Under the pieces are notes generated by a model. It was not told where the DNA came from. It made no database searches and saw nothing but the letters and a program-made list of their open reading frames with translations. The position numbers and the translations under genes are program-made. From Thermaceae bacterium (GTDB taxonomy: Bacteria > Deinococcota > Deinococci > Deinococcales > Marinithermaceae), in NCBI GenBank assembly GCA_026987375.1, contig JALSMT010000081.1:17065-81064 (forward strand): a DNA stretch of 64,000 nt, read 5' to 3'. Positions 1 through 10,179 of the stretch are shown here, piece after piece (the stretch's first letter is position 1; the number at the start of each line of letters is the position of its first letter).

Positions 1-161
1 GTCTCCACTCGTCAAATTGTTTGATCCACCGGTGACAATCCCTCGTTTTGGCTGGCGCGGCTTGAATATTACAGCACTAATTCTACGTCTCACTCTGTCG
101 CAGACATTGTTTGTCGTTCCCTTTAGGGCTTGTCGCCTCTAGCAACGTCTGTAGGCGCTAT

Positions 162-198
162 CATAGGCCTTCCCTTATAGGCCTCGAACCTCTATAAT
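162..198 (+). promoter_or_regulatory. candidate rpsB-tsf promoter region: direct repeat CATAGGCCT/TATAGGCCT followed by TATAAT
   Basis: TATAAT at 193-198. 9-nt direct repeats at 162-170 and 176-184. No convincing -35. Confidence 0.3.
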
Positions 199-231
199 CG
201 TTAAGGCGTGTTTCGCGTCTATCTTCTGGCA

Positions 232-303
232 GGGAGGCGTCCGGAAGAATAATGACGCAAAGCAAAGCCTAACGCCCACCTCAACGCCTCCCGAAAGAGG
301 GAG
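232..303 (+). promoter_or_regulatory. rpsB 5' leader with SD-mimic / anti-SD / SD arrangement
   Basis: GGGAGGCGT (232-240) is perfectly complementary to ACGCCTCCC (284-292). CCTCCC could alternatively pair with the real SD GAGGGAG (297-303) just before ATG 306. Confidence 0.35.
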
Positions 304-305
304 AA

Positions 306-1061
306 ATGGCATGTAACATCAGCATAAAAGAGTTGTTGGAAGCAGGCGTGCACTTCGGCCACGAAACAAAGCGCTGGAACCCTAAAATGAAGAGGTTCAT
401 CTACGCCGAGCGTAACGGAATCTTCATCATTGATTTGCAGAAGACTCTGGCCGAGATGCAGAAGGCTTGCGCTTACACGGAAGAAGTCGCCGCTCGCGGA
501 GGAGTAATCCTCTACGTCGGCACCAAAAAGCAAGCGCAAGAAATCATTCAGATTGAAGCCGACCGCGTAGGAATGCCCTACGTCAATCAGCGCTGGCTAG
601 GCGGCATGCTGACAAACTTTAAGACAATCAGCGCCCGCGTCAAAAGACTTGAAGAGCTAGAGAAGCTTTTCGAGTCGAGCGATATCAACGAGCGCCCCAA
701 AAAGGAGCAGGTGCGCTTACAGCACGAGCTGGATAGGTTGCGTAAATATCTGGGCGGTTTCCGACGCCTCTCACGTCTACCCGACGCTCTTTTTGTAATC
801 GACCCCACCAAAGAGGCCATTGCCGTGGCGGAAGCCCGTAAGCTGGGAATTCCGATTATCGCCCTGGCCGACACCGATAGCGACCCCGATTTGATTGACA
901 GCATCATCCCCGGAAACGACGACGCGATACGCTCTATCCAGCTTGTTTCGAGCCGCCTGACCGATGTTGTCATAGAGGCGCGCGGTGGCAATCAGGAGGA
1001 AGCTGCGGAACCGCAGGAAGCCCAAGAAGCCGCCGCTGAATCCGAGGAGGAGAAAGAATGA
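306..1061 (+). CDS. rpsB: 30S ribosomal protein S2 (uS2)
   Basis: 251-aa ORF with the uS2 signature [23 protein letters not shown] and an acidic C-terminal tail. Stop overlaps the tsf start (ATGA). Confidence 0.97.
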   Translation: MACNISIKELLEAGVHFGHETKRWNPKMKRFIYAERNGIFIIDLQKTLAEMQKACAYTEEVAARGGVILYVGTKKQAQEIIQIEADRVGMPYVNQRWLGGMLTNFKTISARVKRLEELEKLFESSDINERPKKEQVRLQHELDRLRKYLGGFRRLSRLPDALFVIDPTKEAIAVAEARKLGIPIIALADTDSDPDLIDSIIPGNDDAIRSIQLVSSRLTDVVIEARGGNQEEAAEPQEAQEAAAESEEEKE

Positions 1062-1648
1062 GTCAGATTGAGCTAATCAAAAAACTGCGCAGCGCCACCG
1101 GCGCCGGCATGATGGACGTCAAGAAGGCGCTCGAAGAGGCCAACTGGGACGCCGACGCGGCCATCAAGATCTTGCGGGAAAAGGGGGCCGTCAAAGCGGC
1201 TAAAAAGTCTGAGCGCGAGGCGAGGGACGGCATAGTTACCTCTTATATTCATCACAACAAGCGCGTCGGCGTTCTGGTTGAGCTGAACTGTGAGACGGAT
1301 TTCGTCGCACGCACCGAGGATTTCCAGCAACTAGGCAAAGACATTTCCATGCACATCGCCATGGCCGCCCCTAAATACGTCAGCGCTGATGAGGTTCCCG
1401 CCGATGAGCTAGAGCGCGAAAAAGAAATTTACCTGCAGGCCGCCCTTAACGAAGGGAAACCGGCAAACATCGCCCAGAAAATTGCCGAGGGGCGCATCAA
1501 GAAGTACCTTCAGGAAGTCGTGCTGCTCGAGCAGCCCTTCGTCAAGGACGACAAGCTAACCGTAGCCGAACTGATTCAACAGGCTATCGGCAAAATTGGC
1601 GAAAACATTGTGATAAGGCGCTTTTGCCGCTTCGAGCTAGGCTCGTAA
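1058..1648 (+). CDS. tsf: elongation factor Ts (short 196-aa form)
   Basis: UBA-like N-terminus [28 protein letters not shown]. The classical rpsB-tsf pair. Length matches the short Thermus-type EF-Ts. Confidence 0.95.
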   Translation: MSQIELIKKLRSATGAGMMDVKKALEEANWDADAAIKILREKGAVKAAKKSEREARDGIVTSYIHHNKRVGVLVELNCETDFVARTEDFQQLGKDISMHIAMAAPKYVSADEVPADELEREKEIYLQAALNEGKPANIAQKIAEGRIKKYLQEVVLLEQPFVKDDKLTVAELIQQAIGKIGENIVIRRFCRFELGS

Positions 1649-1657
1649 ACCTCAGCT

Positions 1658-1697
1658 TATCAGCAAAGCCCCCGCTATAGCGGGGGCTTTGCTGATA
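1658..1697 (+). terminator. 18-bp perfect stem-loop between tsf and pyrH (terminator/attenuator-like, weak T tract)
   Basis: TATCAGCAAAGCCCCCGC-TATA-GCGGGGGCTTTGCTGATA begins 10 nt after the tsf stop. It is followed by ATTCGG, not a U-run. Confidence 0.5.
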
Positions 1698-1698
1698 A

Positions 1699-2433
<735 letters not shown>

Positions 2434-2452
2434 CTTGCAAAGGAGGTAATTT

Positions 2453-3010
2453 ATGTTCAAAGAGCTCCTAAAGGAAACCCGCGAACACATGAGTAAAAGC
2501 CTGGAAGTGTTTGAGGAAAATCTAGCCACCTTGCGCACCGGCAGGGCGAATCCCTCACTCCTGGAACACCTCAAGGTCGATTATTACGGCACTGTCATGC
2601 CGCTCAATCAGATAGCCAGCATCTCCGCTCCCGACGCTCGCACGCTGCTGGTGCAGGCGTGGGACCAGAACGCGCTGCCTCTCATTGAAAAGGCCATTCG
2701 TGACGCCGACTTGGGTCTTAACCCCAGCAATCAGGGCGACAATATATTCGTCAACATTCCCACCCTTACCTCAGAAAGGCGTAAGGAAATTACCAAAGCC
2801 GCCCATAACTACGCCGAAGAAGCACGGGTGGCCGTACGCAATATCAGACGCGACGCCCTGCACAAAATCAAGAAAATAGCAGACGAGGAACACGTCTCTG
2901 AAGACAACGTCAAGAGAGTCGAAGAAAACGTGCAGGAGCTGACAGACGAGTTTATAGGAAAGATAAACGAAGCTCTTGCCGCCAAGGAAAAAGACATAGC
3001 CAGCGAATGA
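2453..3010 (+). CDS. frr: ribosome recycling factor
   Basis: 185 aa with LRTGRANPSLLEHLKVDYYG and a typical RRF coiled C-terminus. Confidence 0.95.
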   Translation: MFKELLKETREHMSKSLEVFEENLATLRTGRANPSLLEHLKVDYYGTVMPLNQIASISAPDARTLLVQAWDQNALPLIEKAIRDADLGLNPSNQGDNIFVNIPTLTSERRKEITKAAHNYAEEARVAVRNIRRDALHKIKKIADEEHVSEDNVKRVEENVQELTDEFIGKINEALAAKEKDIASE

Positions 3011-3687
3011 CGACACCGCGCCACGTGGCTATCATCATGGACGGCAACGGCCGCTGGGCGGAGGCCCGCGGGCTGCCGCGATACCGTGGCCACATGGCCG
3101 GGCAACAAGCCATAAGAGAGGTCACAGAGGCCAGTCTAGAAAGCGGTATCGAGTGGCTGACCCTCTTCGCCTTTTCTACAGAAAACTGGCGGCGTTCGAG
3201 TGAAGAAGTCGCGACGCTTTTTGACCTCTTCGAGGCGGTTTTGAAAGAAGAGACTCCGACTTTGGTGGATAAAGGCGTCAGGGTTAGGATTATCGGCGAA
3301 AGGTCCAATTTGCCGCCTTCGCTACTGAAGGCCATTTCAGAAGCCGAGGAGATGTCGCGCCGCTGCAACAAAATGAACCTGGTGGGGGCTCTCAACTACG
3401 GAGGCCGCCAAGAAATACTGCGGGCCGCCAAAAGGCTCTTGCAGAGTGGTGAAGACGCGACAGAAAACAACCTAGCCAAGGGCTTTTACCTGCCGGAGAT
3501 GCCGGACCCCGACCTGATAATACGCACCAGCGGAGAGCTGCGCATCTCCAACTTTCTGCTGTGGCAAAGCGCTTATAGCGAGATCTGGGTCACAGATACC
3601 CTCTGGCCCGACTTCACAAAGGAGGATTTTGTCAGAGCCATCGAAGAATACCAGTCCCGCGAACGACGTTTCGGCGGGCACTCTTAA
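3007..3687 (+). CDS. uppS: undecaprenyl diphosphate synthase
   Basis: HVAIIMDGNGRWA and RTSGELRISNFLLWQSAYSE motifs. ATGA overlap with the frr stop. Confidence 0.95.
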   Translation: MTTPRHVAIIMDGNGRWAEARGLPRYRGHMAGQQAIREVTEASLESGIEWLTLFAFSTENWRRSSEEVATLFDLFEAVLKEETPTLVDKGVRVRIIGERSNLPPSLLKAISEAEEMSRRCNKMNLVGALNYGGRQEILRAAKRLLQSGEDATENNLAKGFYLPEMPDPDLIIRTSGELRISNFLLWQSAYSEIWVTDTLWPDFTKEDFVRAIEEYQSRERRFGGHS

Positions 3688-4495
3688 AGACCGTTTTATA
3701 TACGGCGGAATCGGTCTGCTTGCGATCTTTCTCGTTCTCTGGGCCGGAATAGCGCTTATTATTCCATCACTCGTTTACATCCTCTGGGTGGCCACCAACG
3801 AGCTTAGTGAGATTTTTTCTCGCCGCAACATCAATCTCAACAAGCCCTTTCTCTTGACATCCGGCATCATCACTCTTCTCCTCTCCATTCCCGACCTGCA
3901 CTCTCTCCACCCGGCTATTCCCTGGCGCGAGATAGGCCTCGGTCTTGTTGTTCTCATAGCCTTCGCGATTGCTCTTTCTGATCAGCTAGACGTAGGCGAC
4001 GTAGCGTTCAACCTGATGGCTTTCCTCTATGTTCCCTGGATGTTGGGATACTTCATTCTGCTACGCTACTCACCGGACGGGCACCTGGGAATCATCACCC
4101 TTTCTCTTCCTCTACTAGCGACGTTTTCTACCGATGTCGGCGCTTACTTTGTTGGCAAGAGTTTTGGGCGCCACAAACTGGCTCCCTCCATAAGCCCCAA
4201 CAAAACTATCGAGGGCTCGATTGGCGGTCTGCTAACCGCTTTCTTATCGCTTATGATCTACACTTGGTTCATCCAGGGAGTCTTTCCCTTCGGGCGCTGG
4301 GAGCTGATGGTCTTTTCGCTGTTAATCAGCGTCGCCGCCCAGCTGGGCGACCTGACGGAATCGATGATAAAGCGCTACTGCGGCGTCAAGGACTCTGGTA
4401 CGTTTTTGCCAGGCCACGGCGGTATTCTCGACCGCCTTGACAGTCTGATTTTCTCTATTCCGCTGACTTACTACCTACTGGTGATCTTCACATGA
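3629..4495 (+). CDS. cdsA: phosphatidate cytidylyltransferase (CDP-diglyceride synthase)
   Basis: Multi-TM protein with the C-terminal signature [28 protein letters not shown]. The TTG start at 3629 overlaps uppS by 59 nt, so the start is uncertain. Confidence 0.85.
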   Translation: MSEPSKNTSPANDVSAGTLKDRFIYGGIGLLAIFLVLWAGIALIIPSLVYILWVATNELSEIFSRRNINLNKPFLLTSGIITLLLSIPDLHSLHPAIPWREIGLGLVVLIAFAIALSDQLDVGDVAFNLMAFLYVPWMLGYFILLRYSPDGHLGIITLSLPLLATFSTDVGAYFVGKSFGRHKLAPSISPNKTIEGSIGGLLTAFLSLMIYTWFIQGVFPFGRWELMVFSLLISVAAQLGDLTESMIKRYCGVKDSGTFLPGHGGILDRLDSLIFSIPLTYYLLVIFT

Positions 4496-5598
4496 AGAAG
4501 AAATCAATCATCGTTCTAGGCTCCACCGGTTCAATCGGAACCCAAACTCTCGACGTAGCCCGCTGGCAGGGTTATCACATTGCGGGGCTGGCGGCCGGCA
4601 AGAACAGCGAGCTGCTATTGCAACAAGTTGAAGAGTTCAGGCCGGATATAGTCTTCAGCGCGGCTCCACTGCCGCCAGCGTCTTTACCTGAGGGGACAAT
4701 CCTCGCCGCCAGCGCCAGCGAGGTCGCCGCCTACCCGGCAGACGTAGCTATTGCCGCCATTCCGGGCCTTGCGGGGCTCGAGCCAGTACGAGCCTCTCTG
4801 TCTACGGGGAAACGCCTGGCCCTCGCCAACAAAGAGAGCATGGTCGCCGCCGGCGAACTGCTTTGGGAGATGGCATCCGAGTATGGCTCAGAGATAATAC
4901 CGGTTGATTCCGAGCACTCCGCCATTTTTCAAGCCTTAGTCGGCGAAAAAATATCCGAGGTGGCCGAGCTAGTTTTAACCGCTTCCGGCGGCCCCTTCTA
5001 CGGCAAGGATATTAGCTTCGATGACGTTAGCCCCGAGCAGGCTCTGGCTCATCCCCGCTGGAATATGGGCCCCAAAGTAAGCATCGACTCGGCCACTCTA
5101 ATGAACAAAGGGCTTGAAGTCTTGGAGGCGCGCGCCCTCTTCAAGGTGCCGCTTGATAAGGTCAAGGTAGTAATTCACCGCCAGTCTTACGTTCACTCCA
5201 TGGTGCGCTTCATCGATGGGCAATTAAAAGCGCAGCTAGGGCCCACCGACATGCGCTTGGCCATCCAGTACGCCATAAGCTACCCCGCCAGACTCCCGAC
5301 CCCGCTTGCCAATGAACCCCTGGCGCCAACGCTAACCTTTGAGCAGCCCGACAGCAAACGCTTTCCAGCCCTCGAGCTGGCCTACGAAGCCGGCAGGCGG
5401 GGAGGCGTCCTCCCGGTTGTTCTGAACGCCGCCAACGAGGTAGCGGTAAACGCCTTTCTCCAAGGGCGAATACGCTTTTCTGGGATACCTGCGTTAGTTG
5501 CTGACACTATGAAAAGCTCACCGTCTCTTGAGTTAACCTGGGATAACCTTTTCGCCGCCGACGAGTGGGCGCGCCAAAAGGCCGAGGAGCTAATTTGA
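4492..5598 (+). CDS. dxr: 1-deoxy-D-xylulose 5-phosphate reductoisomerase
   Basis: [19 protein letters not shown]-binding fold, plus NKGLEVLEA and SYVHSMV blocks. Start overlaps the cdsA stop. Confidence 0.95.
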   Translation: MKKKSIIVLGSTGSIGTQTLDVARWQGYHIAGLAAGKNSELLLQQVEEFRPDIVFSAAPLPPASLPEGTILAASASEVAAYPADVAIAAIPGLAGLEPVRASLSTGKRLALANKESMVAAGELLWEMASEYGSEIIPVDSEHSAIFQALVGEKISEVAELVLTASGGPFYGKDISFDDVSPEQALAHPRWNMGPKVSIDSATLMNKGLEVLEARALFKVPLDKVKVVIHRQSYVHSMVRFIDGQLKAQLGPTDMRLAIQYAISYPARLPTPLANEPLAPTLTFEQPDSKRFPALELAYEAGRRGGVLPVVLNAANEVAVNAFLQGRIRFSGIPALVADTMKSSPSLELTWDNLFAADEWARQKAEELI

Positions 5599-6644
5599 AC
5601 ACAGCGCTGGTGCTGATCATCATCTTAGGAGTCTCCATCTCCATACACGAGCTGGGCCATCTGCTGGCGGCCCGCCTGCAAGGCGTAGCCGTGCCGGCAT
5701 TTTCAATAGGCTTCGGCCCACCTCTGCTGCGTTTTAAGTGGGCCGGCACCGAGTGGCGACTATCAGCAATTCCGTTGGGTGGGTACGCCGAGATAGACGG
5801 CATGGCTCCTGATTTTTCCGCCTCGGGCGCACCGCACGCGCCGAAGCGCGGTTTCGCCACCTTGCCGCTTTGGGGCAAAGTGCTCGTTTTGGTTGGCGGT
5901 GTATTAATGAACCTGCTGCTTTCCTGGACCCTGATGGCCTTGAACTACACCGTCAACGGCATCCCCACGCCCGTCTATGACCGCGCACAGATAATCGAAG
6001 TAATCCCTGGCAGCTTAGCCGAAAAGGTTGGATTTAGAGCCGGTGACGTAATTACCGCGATTGACGGCCACAAACTCAAGCGTTTCACTGATTTAAACGA
6101 GATAAAAAAAGAATCCGGGGTTCATGTCGTCACAGTGATGCGTGAGGGTAAAGAGATAGAAGTCAAGGTCCCTTGGAGTAAAAAATACGATAAACTAGGC
6201 GTTCGTTACGGCCCCAAGGTCGTCTACGACCACCCGCGCTTCATCCGCGCCTTCTTCGTCTCGATAGAAACTTCGCTGCGCTTCTTCCCCGATATGATAA
6301 AAAGCTTCATCTCCGGTATCTCCCGCGCCGCAGTCGGCAAACCGTCGCCAGACATAGTCGGCCCGCTCGGCATAGTTAGCTTGGCCGGCCAAGCGGCAAA
6401 GCAGGGGGTTATGGCCGTCATCCGGTTGGCGGCGTTGATAAACCTGTCTCTGGCTGTATTTAACCTGCTGCCAATACCCGGCTTGGACGGCGGCAGGTTG
6501 TTGCTGGTGCTTATTAATGCGGTTAGCGGCGGCAGGATTCGCCCCGAACACGAGGCCATGGTCAACTTTATAGGCTTTATATTTCTGATACTGCTAATGG
6601 TCTTAATTACCCTACAAGACGTTCAAAGGTTTTTCGGTGGTTAA
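5595..6644 (+). CDS. rseP: RIP metalloprotease RseP (M50 site-2 protease with PDZ domain)
   Basis: HELGH zinc motif, a central PDZ-like segment, and C-terminal [11 protein letters not shown]. The likely TTG start at 5595 overlaps the dxr stop (TTGA). The track ORF starts at 5565. Confidence 0.85.
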   Translation: MNTALVLIIILGVSISIHELGHLLAARLQGVAVPAFSIGFGPPLLRFKWAGTEWRLSAIPLGGYAEIDGMAPDFSASGAPHAPKRGFATLPLWGKVLVLVGGVLMNLLLSWTLMALNYTVNGIPTPVYDRAQIIEVIPGSLAEKVGFRAGDVITAIDGHKLKRFTDLNEIKKESGVHVVTVMREGKEIEVKVPWSKKYDKLGVRYGPKVVYDHPRFIRAFFVSIETSLRFFPDMIKSFISGISRAAVGKPSPDIVGPLGIVSLAGQAAKQGVMAVIRLAALINLSLAVFNLLPIPGLDGGRLLLVLINAVSGGRIRPEHEAMVNFIGFIFLILLMVLITLQDVQRFFGG

Positions 6645-7281
6645 CATGGCTGCCGACGCCAGCGTTCTTATCCCCGCCTACAACGAAGAGGCGACAATCG
6701 CCGAAGTCGTAGCGCCCGCCCTACGCTCTGGCTTAGAGGTTGTGGTAGTAGACGACGGTTCGAGCGACAAAACCGGCGAGGCGGCCGCAGCCGCTGGCGC
6801 TAAGGTGGTCAGGCTGCCTACTAACAGCGGCAAGGGCGCCGCTTATGCCGCCGGATTGGACGAGATAACCACAACTTACGTCGTTCTTCTTGACGCTGAC
6901 CTGGTAGGCTTGCGACCCGAGCACGTTCACGAACTTCTAGGGCCGGTCGCCCGAGGCGAATGCGATATGGCGGTTGGAGTATTCAGGGGCGGACGTTTGC
7001 TGAGCGATTTCGGCAACCGCATTACTCCTCAGCTTTCTGGGCAGCGGGCCCTTAAAAGCGAGCTTTTGAAAAGCGTCCCCCATCTTGCAGGCTCTCGTTA
7101 CGACGTGGAGTTAAAACTGACTTACTGGGCCAAGAAAAAAGGGCTTTGGGTAAAATACCTGCCGCTCTTTGGCTTGGGACAAAGGTTAAAAGAAGAAAAG
7201 CGCGGCTTCCTCGTAGGGGTGGCACACCGTTTGCGGATGTACCTGCAGATTCTCAAGTTCGCTCTTTTTCCTAGGGCTTGA
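6637..7281 (+). CDS. family-2 glycosyltransferase
   Basis: VLIPAYNEE, VVVDDGSSDKT and LLDADL motifs typical of GT2. An alternative ATG start lies at 6646. Confidence 0.75.
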   Translation: MVNMAADASVLIPAYNEEATIAEVVAPALRSGLEVVVVDDGSSDKTGEAAAAAGAKVVRLPTNSGKGAAYAAGLDEITTTYVVLLDADLVGLRPEHVHELLGPVARGECDMAVGVFRGGRLLSDFGNRITPQLSGQRALKSELLKSVPHLAGSRYDVELKLTYWAKKKGLWVKYLPLFGLGQRLKEEKRGFLVGVAHRLRMYLQILKFALFPRA

Positions 7282-7828
7282 ACTTCAGCAAGTCAATCTC
7301 GCCGCCGTCTTGTGTAGCGTAGCGAACGACGCCAATGCCAGGAACGAAATATATATCTACGACGCTCGCCCCGCCGCCACGCGCGGAGAGCGAAGAGCGA
7401 ATTACGAAGGCGTTGTACTTGCCAAAAGGGACCTCCACCCCCTTCACCGCAATAACCTTATATACGACGACCAGCGAGCTACCCCTAAACTTGGTCCTGA
7501 CGCTCCAGTTTTCTCCTACGCGCAGAGGCGGCGCCGGAAAGATTTTTATCGGCGGGTCGTAAGGCATAACACCAGCGCCAGTATCTACACCTAGGAGCCA
7601 AATGCCTTCCTTATCGAATTTCAGGTAGTCCGTATAACGGGTGACGCCCTGGTATGCGTGAGATAATTCCCATACTTCTTGGCCCTTGATATTGCGAACA
7701 GAGTCGTATTTCTGGACTTCTCCACTGCTATACCGCCAGCTCATGCCTACGCGATGAGGATAATAATTGGGCGCGCTTGCGTAGGCCAGCGCCGCCGTGC
7801 ACAAATAGAGCGCCGCCAGTATCTTCAT
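7271..7828 (-). CDS. hypothetical secreted protein
   Basis: 185 aa with signal peptide MKILAALYLCTAALAYASA. ATGA overlap with the proC stop. I recognise no family. Confidence 0.6.
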   Translation of the reverse strand: MKILAALYLCTAALAYASAPNYYPHRVGMSWRYSSGEVQKYDSVRNIKGQEVWELSHAYQGVTRYTDYLKFDKEGIWLLGVDTGAGVMPYDPPIKIFPAPPLRVGENWSVRTKFRGSSLVVVYKVIAVKGVEVPFGKYNAFVIRSSLSARGGGASVVDIYFVPGIGVVRYATQDGGEIDLLKFKP

Positions 7829-8610
7829 TCTTCCTCTCCTAATTCTCGTCCCCTCCTAGTCGCCGACTCGACGGCTGCGTAGAAAGCGCTGCGCACCGCC
7901 CCTTTTTCTATCTCCGCCAGGCCATATATAGTCGTACCGCCGGGGCTGGCCACCTCGTCTTTAATCACCGCTGGATGTTTTAGGCGCATCAGCTCGCCGG
8001 TAGCTATCAATACGTCAGCGGCGAAGCTAAGGGCTTCCTTCCGCGGTATACCCATATGAACGCCGCCGTCGGCTAAGGCTTCCGCCACCAATGCCACGTA
8101 CGCCGGCGCGGACGCCGCCATGGCGGTAAAGGCGTCGAATAGCCTTTCTGGCAGCCGGTAGGCATCCCCTACGGTCTTGAAGAGAGCCATGGCGTAATCC
8201 AAGTCGCCAGCTTCGACGCCTTCTTTTGGGGCCGTCAGCGCGGTAGTGCTCTTCCTAATGGTAGCGGCGATGTTCGGCATCGCCCGCACGACCCGACGCG
8301 TTCCCAGGTTGCGCGCCAGTACTGACGTCGAGACGCCCGCCATTATTGAGATATAACCTACGCTGGGGTGAGCCAGCTTTTCCGCTATCGCAGGGAATTG
8401 TTTAGGTTGTAGGGCGATAAGCACCCTCTTGGCGTTGCTCAGATTTTCGTAACGAAGTGGTTCTACACCGTAAATTGCCGCTGCTTCGTTTGTAGTCTTT
8501 TCGTCTCGCTCGACTACGCCTATATCCGACGGGGCCGCGAATTCAGCGGAAAGAACCCCTTCTAGTATGCTCCTGCCCATTTTCCCGAGTCCAACAAAGG
8601 CCAGCTCCAT
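7825..8610 (-). CDS. proC: pyrroline-5-carboxylate reductase
   Basis: Rossmann start MELAFVGLGKMGRSILEGV and C-terminal SPGGTT motif. The track ORF (to 8700) runs into the tRNA gene, so internal Met31 at 8610 was chosen. Confidence 0.9.
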   Translation of the reverse strand: MELAFVGLGKMGRSILEGVLSAEFAAPSDIGVVERDEKTTNEAAAIYGVEPLRYENLSNAKRVLIALQPKQFPAIAEKLAHPSVGYISIMAGVSTSVLARNLGTRRVVRAMPNIAATIRKSTTALTAPKEGVEAGDLDYAMALFKTVGDAYRLPERLFDAFTAMAASAPAYVALVAEALADGGVHMGIPRKEALSFAADVLIATGELMRLKHPAVIKDEVASPGGTTIYGLAEIEKGAVRSAFYAAVESATRRGRELGEEE

Positions 8611-8617
8611 GCCACAA

Positions 8618-8623
8618 AGTTTA
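8618..8623 (-). promoter_or_regulatory. -10-like TAAACT 7 nt upstream of the proC ATG (leaderless candidate)
   Basis: Minus-strand reading is AGCATGC-TAAACT-TTGTGGC-ATG. No SD is present. Confidence 0.4.
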
Positions 8624-8629
8624 GCATGC

Positions 8630-8658
8630 TTGACGCCCCCTACAAGCTTTGTTACGCT
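8630..8658 (+). promoter_or_regulatory. tRNA-Ser promoter (TTGACG-17-TACGCT)
   Basis: -35 at 8630-8635 and -10 at 8653-8658. The predicted TSS is about 6 nt before the mature tRNA 5' end. Confidence 0.5.
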
Positions 8659-8670
8659 TGTGTCTGGCGC

Positions 8671-8762
<92 letters not shown>

Positions 8763-8786
8763 AGCCCGCTCTTGCGGGCTATTTTT
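8763..8786. terminator. stem-loop plus T tract after tRNA-Ser, overlapping the stop of the convergent gene
   Basis: AGCCCGC-TCTT-GCGGGCT followed by ATTTTT. Confidence 0.6.
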
Positions 8787-9582
8787 CTAACTTTTTGCGA
8801 GACATCACTGCCCAGTGAGAAAAGTAATCGAAGAAGGCGGGGCCGAAATGCGCCAGCTCGTCCCCTCTGGTTGCGATCCAAGGAATGCGCCATTTTCTTT
8901 CTTCTAGCAGCTTGGAAACGGTTGTCAACTGCGCCTCGCGATTCTTTATGCGCTTGGGCTCGAATATCGCCAGGTCAGGGTTTGCCCGCGCCACGAACGA
9001 GATGTCGGGGGCGAAATACGCTTCGCCCTTGAAGGAGTAGATGTTTTCAGCGCCGAGGTGCGCCAGCGCAGCGTTCATAAATGCGCCTCTGCCGATAGTT
9101 ATAGGACCCCCCAAGTCATACTCCAGGTAGACCTTGACGCCCTCGAGAAGGCCTTTCAGCGGCATATACTCCTCAAGCAACGTCGCGGCCAACTCGGCCG
9201 CTGCGGCGACTCTGTCTATTATCGCCGCCAGCAAATGAATGTTTTCTATTATTCCCCAAGGGCTGCTCGGTAAAGGAACCGGCCAGACGGCGTAGCCCCT
9301 TTCATGCAATTGTTTAGTGGTCTCTGTCTGTACCGCCGTGGTGGTGAATATCAAATCGGGCTCGAGCTCTTTCAATAACTGCCAGCGTACCTTGGTGTAA
9401 CTAGAAAGCACCGGCAGTCGCTGCGCCTCTTCGGGACGCCAGCAAAAGGCGCTGCGCCCCACCATCCTTTCTGCGGCCCCTAGCGCAAATAACGTATCGG
9501 TAACATTAGGAGCCAGACTTACTATTCGTCTGGGCTCTTCGGGTACTTCCAGCTCGCCCAATAACTCATGCTTTATCTTCAT
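8779..9582 (-). CDS. periplasmic-binding-protein fold (BtuF/Fe-siderophore type, PF01497-like) without a signal peptide
   Basis: [24 protein letters not shown] and EPDLIFTT blocks are typical of cluster-A binding proteins. The N-terminus [17 protein letters not shown] is not a signal peptide. No permease or ATPase is adjacent. Confidence 0.7.
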   Translation of the reverse strand: MKIKHELLGELEVPEEPRRIVSLAPNVTDTLFALGAAERMVGRSAFCWRPEEAQRLPVLSSYTKVRWQLLKELEPDLIFTTTAVQTETTKQLHERGYAVWPVPLPSSPWGIIENIHLLAAIIDRVAAAAELAATLLEEYMPLKGLLEGVKVYLEYDLGGPITIGRGAFMNAALAHLGAENIYSFKGEAYFAPDISFVARANPDLAIFEPKRIKNREAQLTTVSKLLEERKWRIPWIATRGDELAHFGPAFFDYFSHWAVMSRKKLEK

Positions 9583-10162
9583 CTATCACCTCAATAAACC
9601 AATCGTTGACTTTCCTTCTAAGGTCTTCGCGGCTACCGCTGTTGTCTATCAGCCAATCAGCCAGTTTCGCCTTTTGGCTCTGCGATATTTGCAGTCTGTC
9701 TCTTGCCTTAAACTGCGCTTCACTGAGTCCCGAGCGCTGCGCCACCCGCTTCATGCGCTCCTGGTCGTCCGCCGTCACTACCAGCACACCGTCAAAACCC
9801 GGATCCCACGCCTTTTCGAAAAGCAGCGGCGTCTCTACTATTAGCAATTTCGGCGGCCTTCGCAGCGATCGCTGTCTCTTTATTTCCTGAGATATGTATC
9901 GTCTTACCCAGTCATGGATAAGCTCTTCCACCCGCTGGCGCGCGTCGTCGTCAGAAAAGATAATCTCCGCGAGTTTGGAATCGTCCAGCTTCCCGCCTGG
10001 GCAAGACTGCGGCGTCAGCCTGCATATTTCTTTTGCCAGCGCTCGCCGGGCCGTTCTCGCTACTTCATCCGCCTTTATTACCACCGCCCCAAGCTGCTCC
10101 AGTAAGTCCGCGACGGTGCTCTTACCGCTGCCGATTGAACCGGTGAGGGCTATTACCTTCAC
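9566..10162 (-). CDS. coaE: dephospho-CoA kinase
   Basis: GTG start. P-loop IALTGSIGSGKST. About 198 aa. Confidence 0.9.
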   Translation of the reverse strand: MKVIALTGSIGSGKSTVADLLEQLGAVVIKADEVARTARRALAKEICRLTPQSCPGGKLDDSKLAEIIFSDDDARQRVEELIHDWVRRYISQEIKRQRSLRRPPKLLIVETPLLFEKAWDPGFDGVLVVTADDQERMKRVAQRSGLSEAQFKARDRLQISQSQKAKLADWLIDNSGSREDLRRKVNDWFIEVIDEDKA

Positions 10163-10167
10163 GGACT

Positions 10168-10174
10168 TATACTA
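10168..10174. promoter_or_regulatory. overlapping divergent -10 boxes in the 17-bp coaE/cca intergenic region
   Basis: Plus strand TATACT (10168-10173) lies 6 nt before GTG 10180. Minus strand TAGTAT (10174-10169) lies 6 nt before GTG 10162. Confidence 0.45.
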
Positions 10175-10179
10175 CTCTC

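Noticed and set aside
1-93. Possible minus-strand gene start (GTG at 93-91, open to the left window edge, reading ...GIVTGGSNNLTSGD).
   Set aside because: Only about 31 codons are visible, with no SD and no recognisable family. It cannot be supported from this window.
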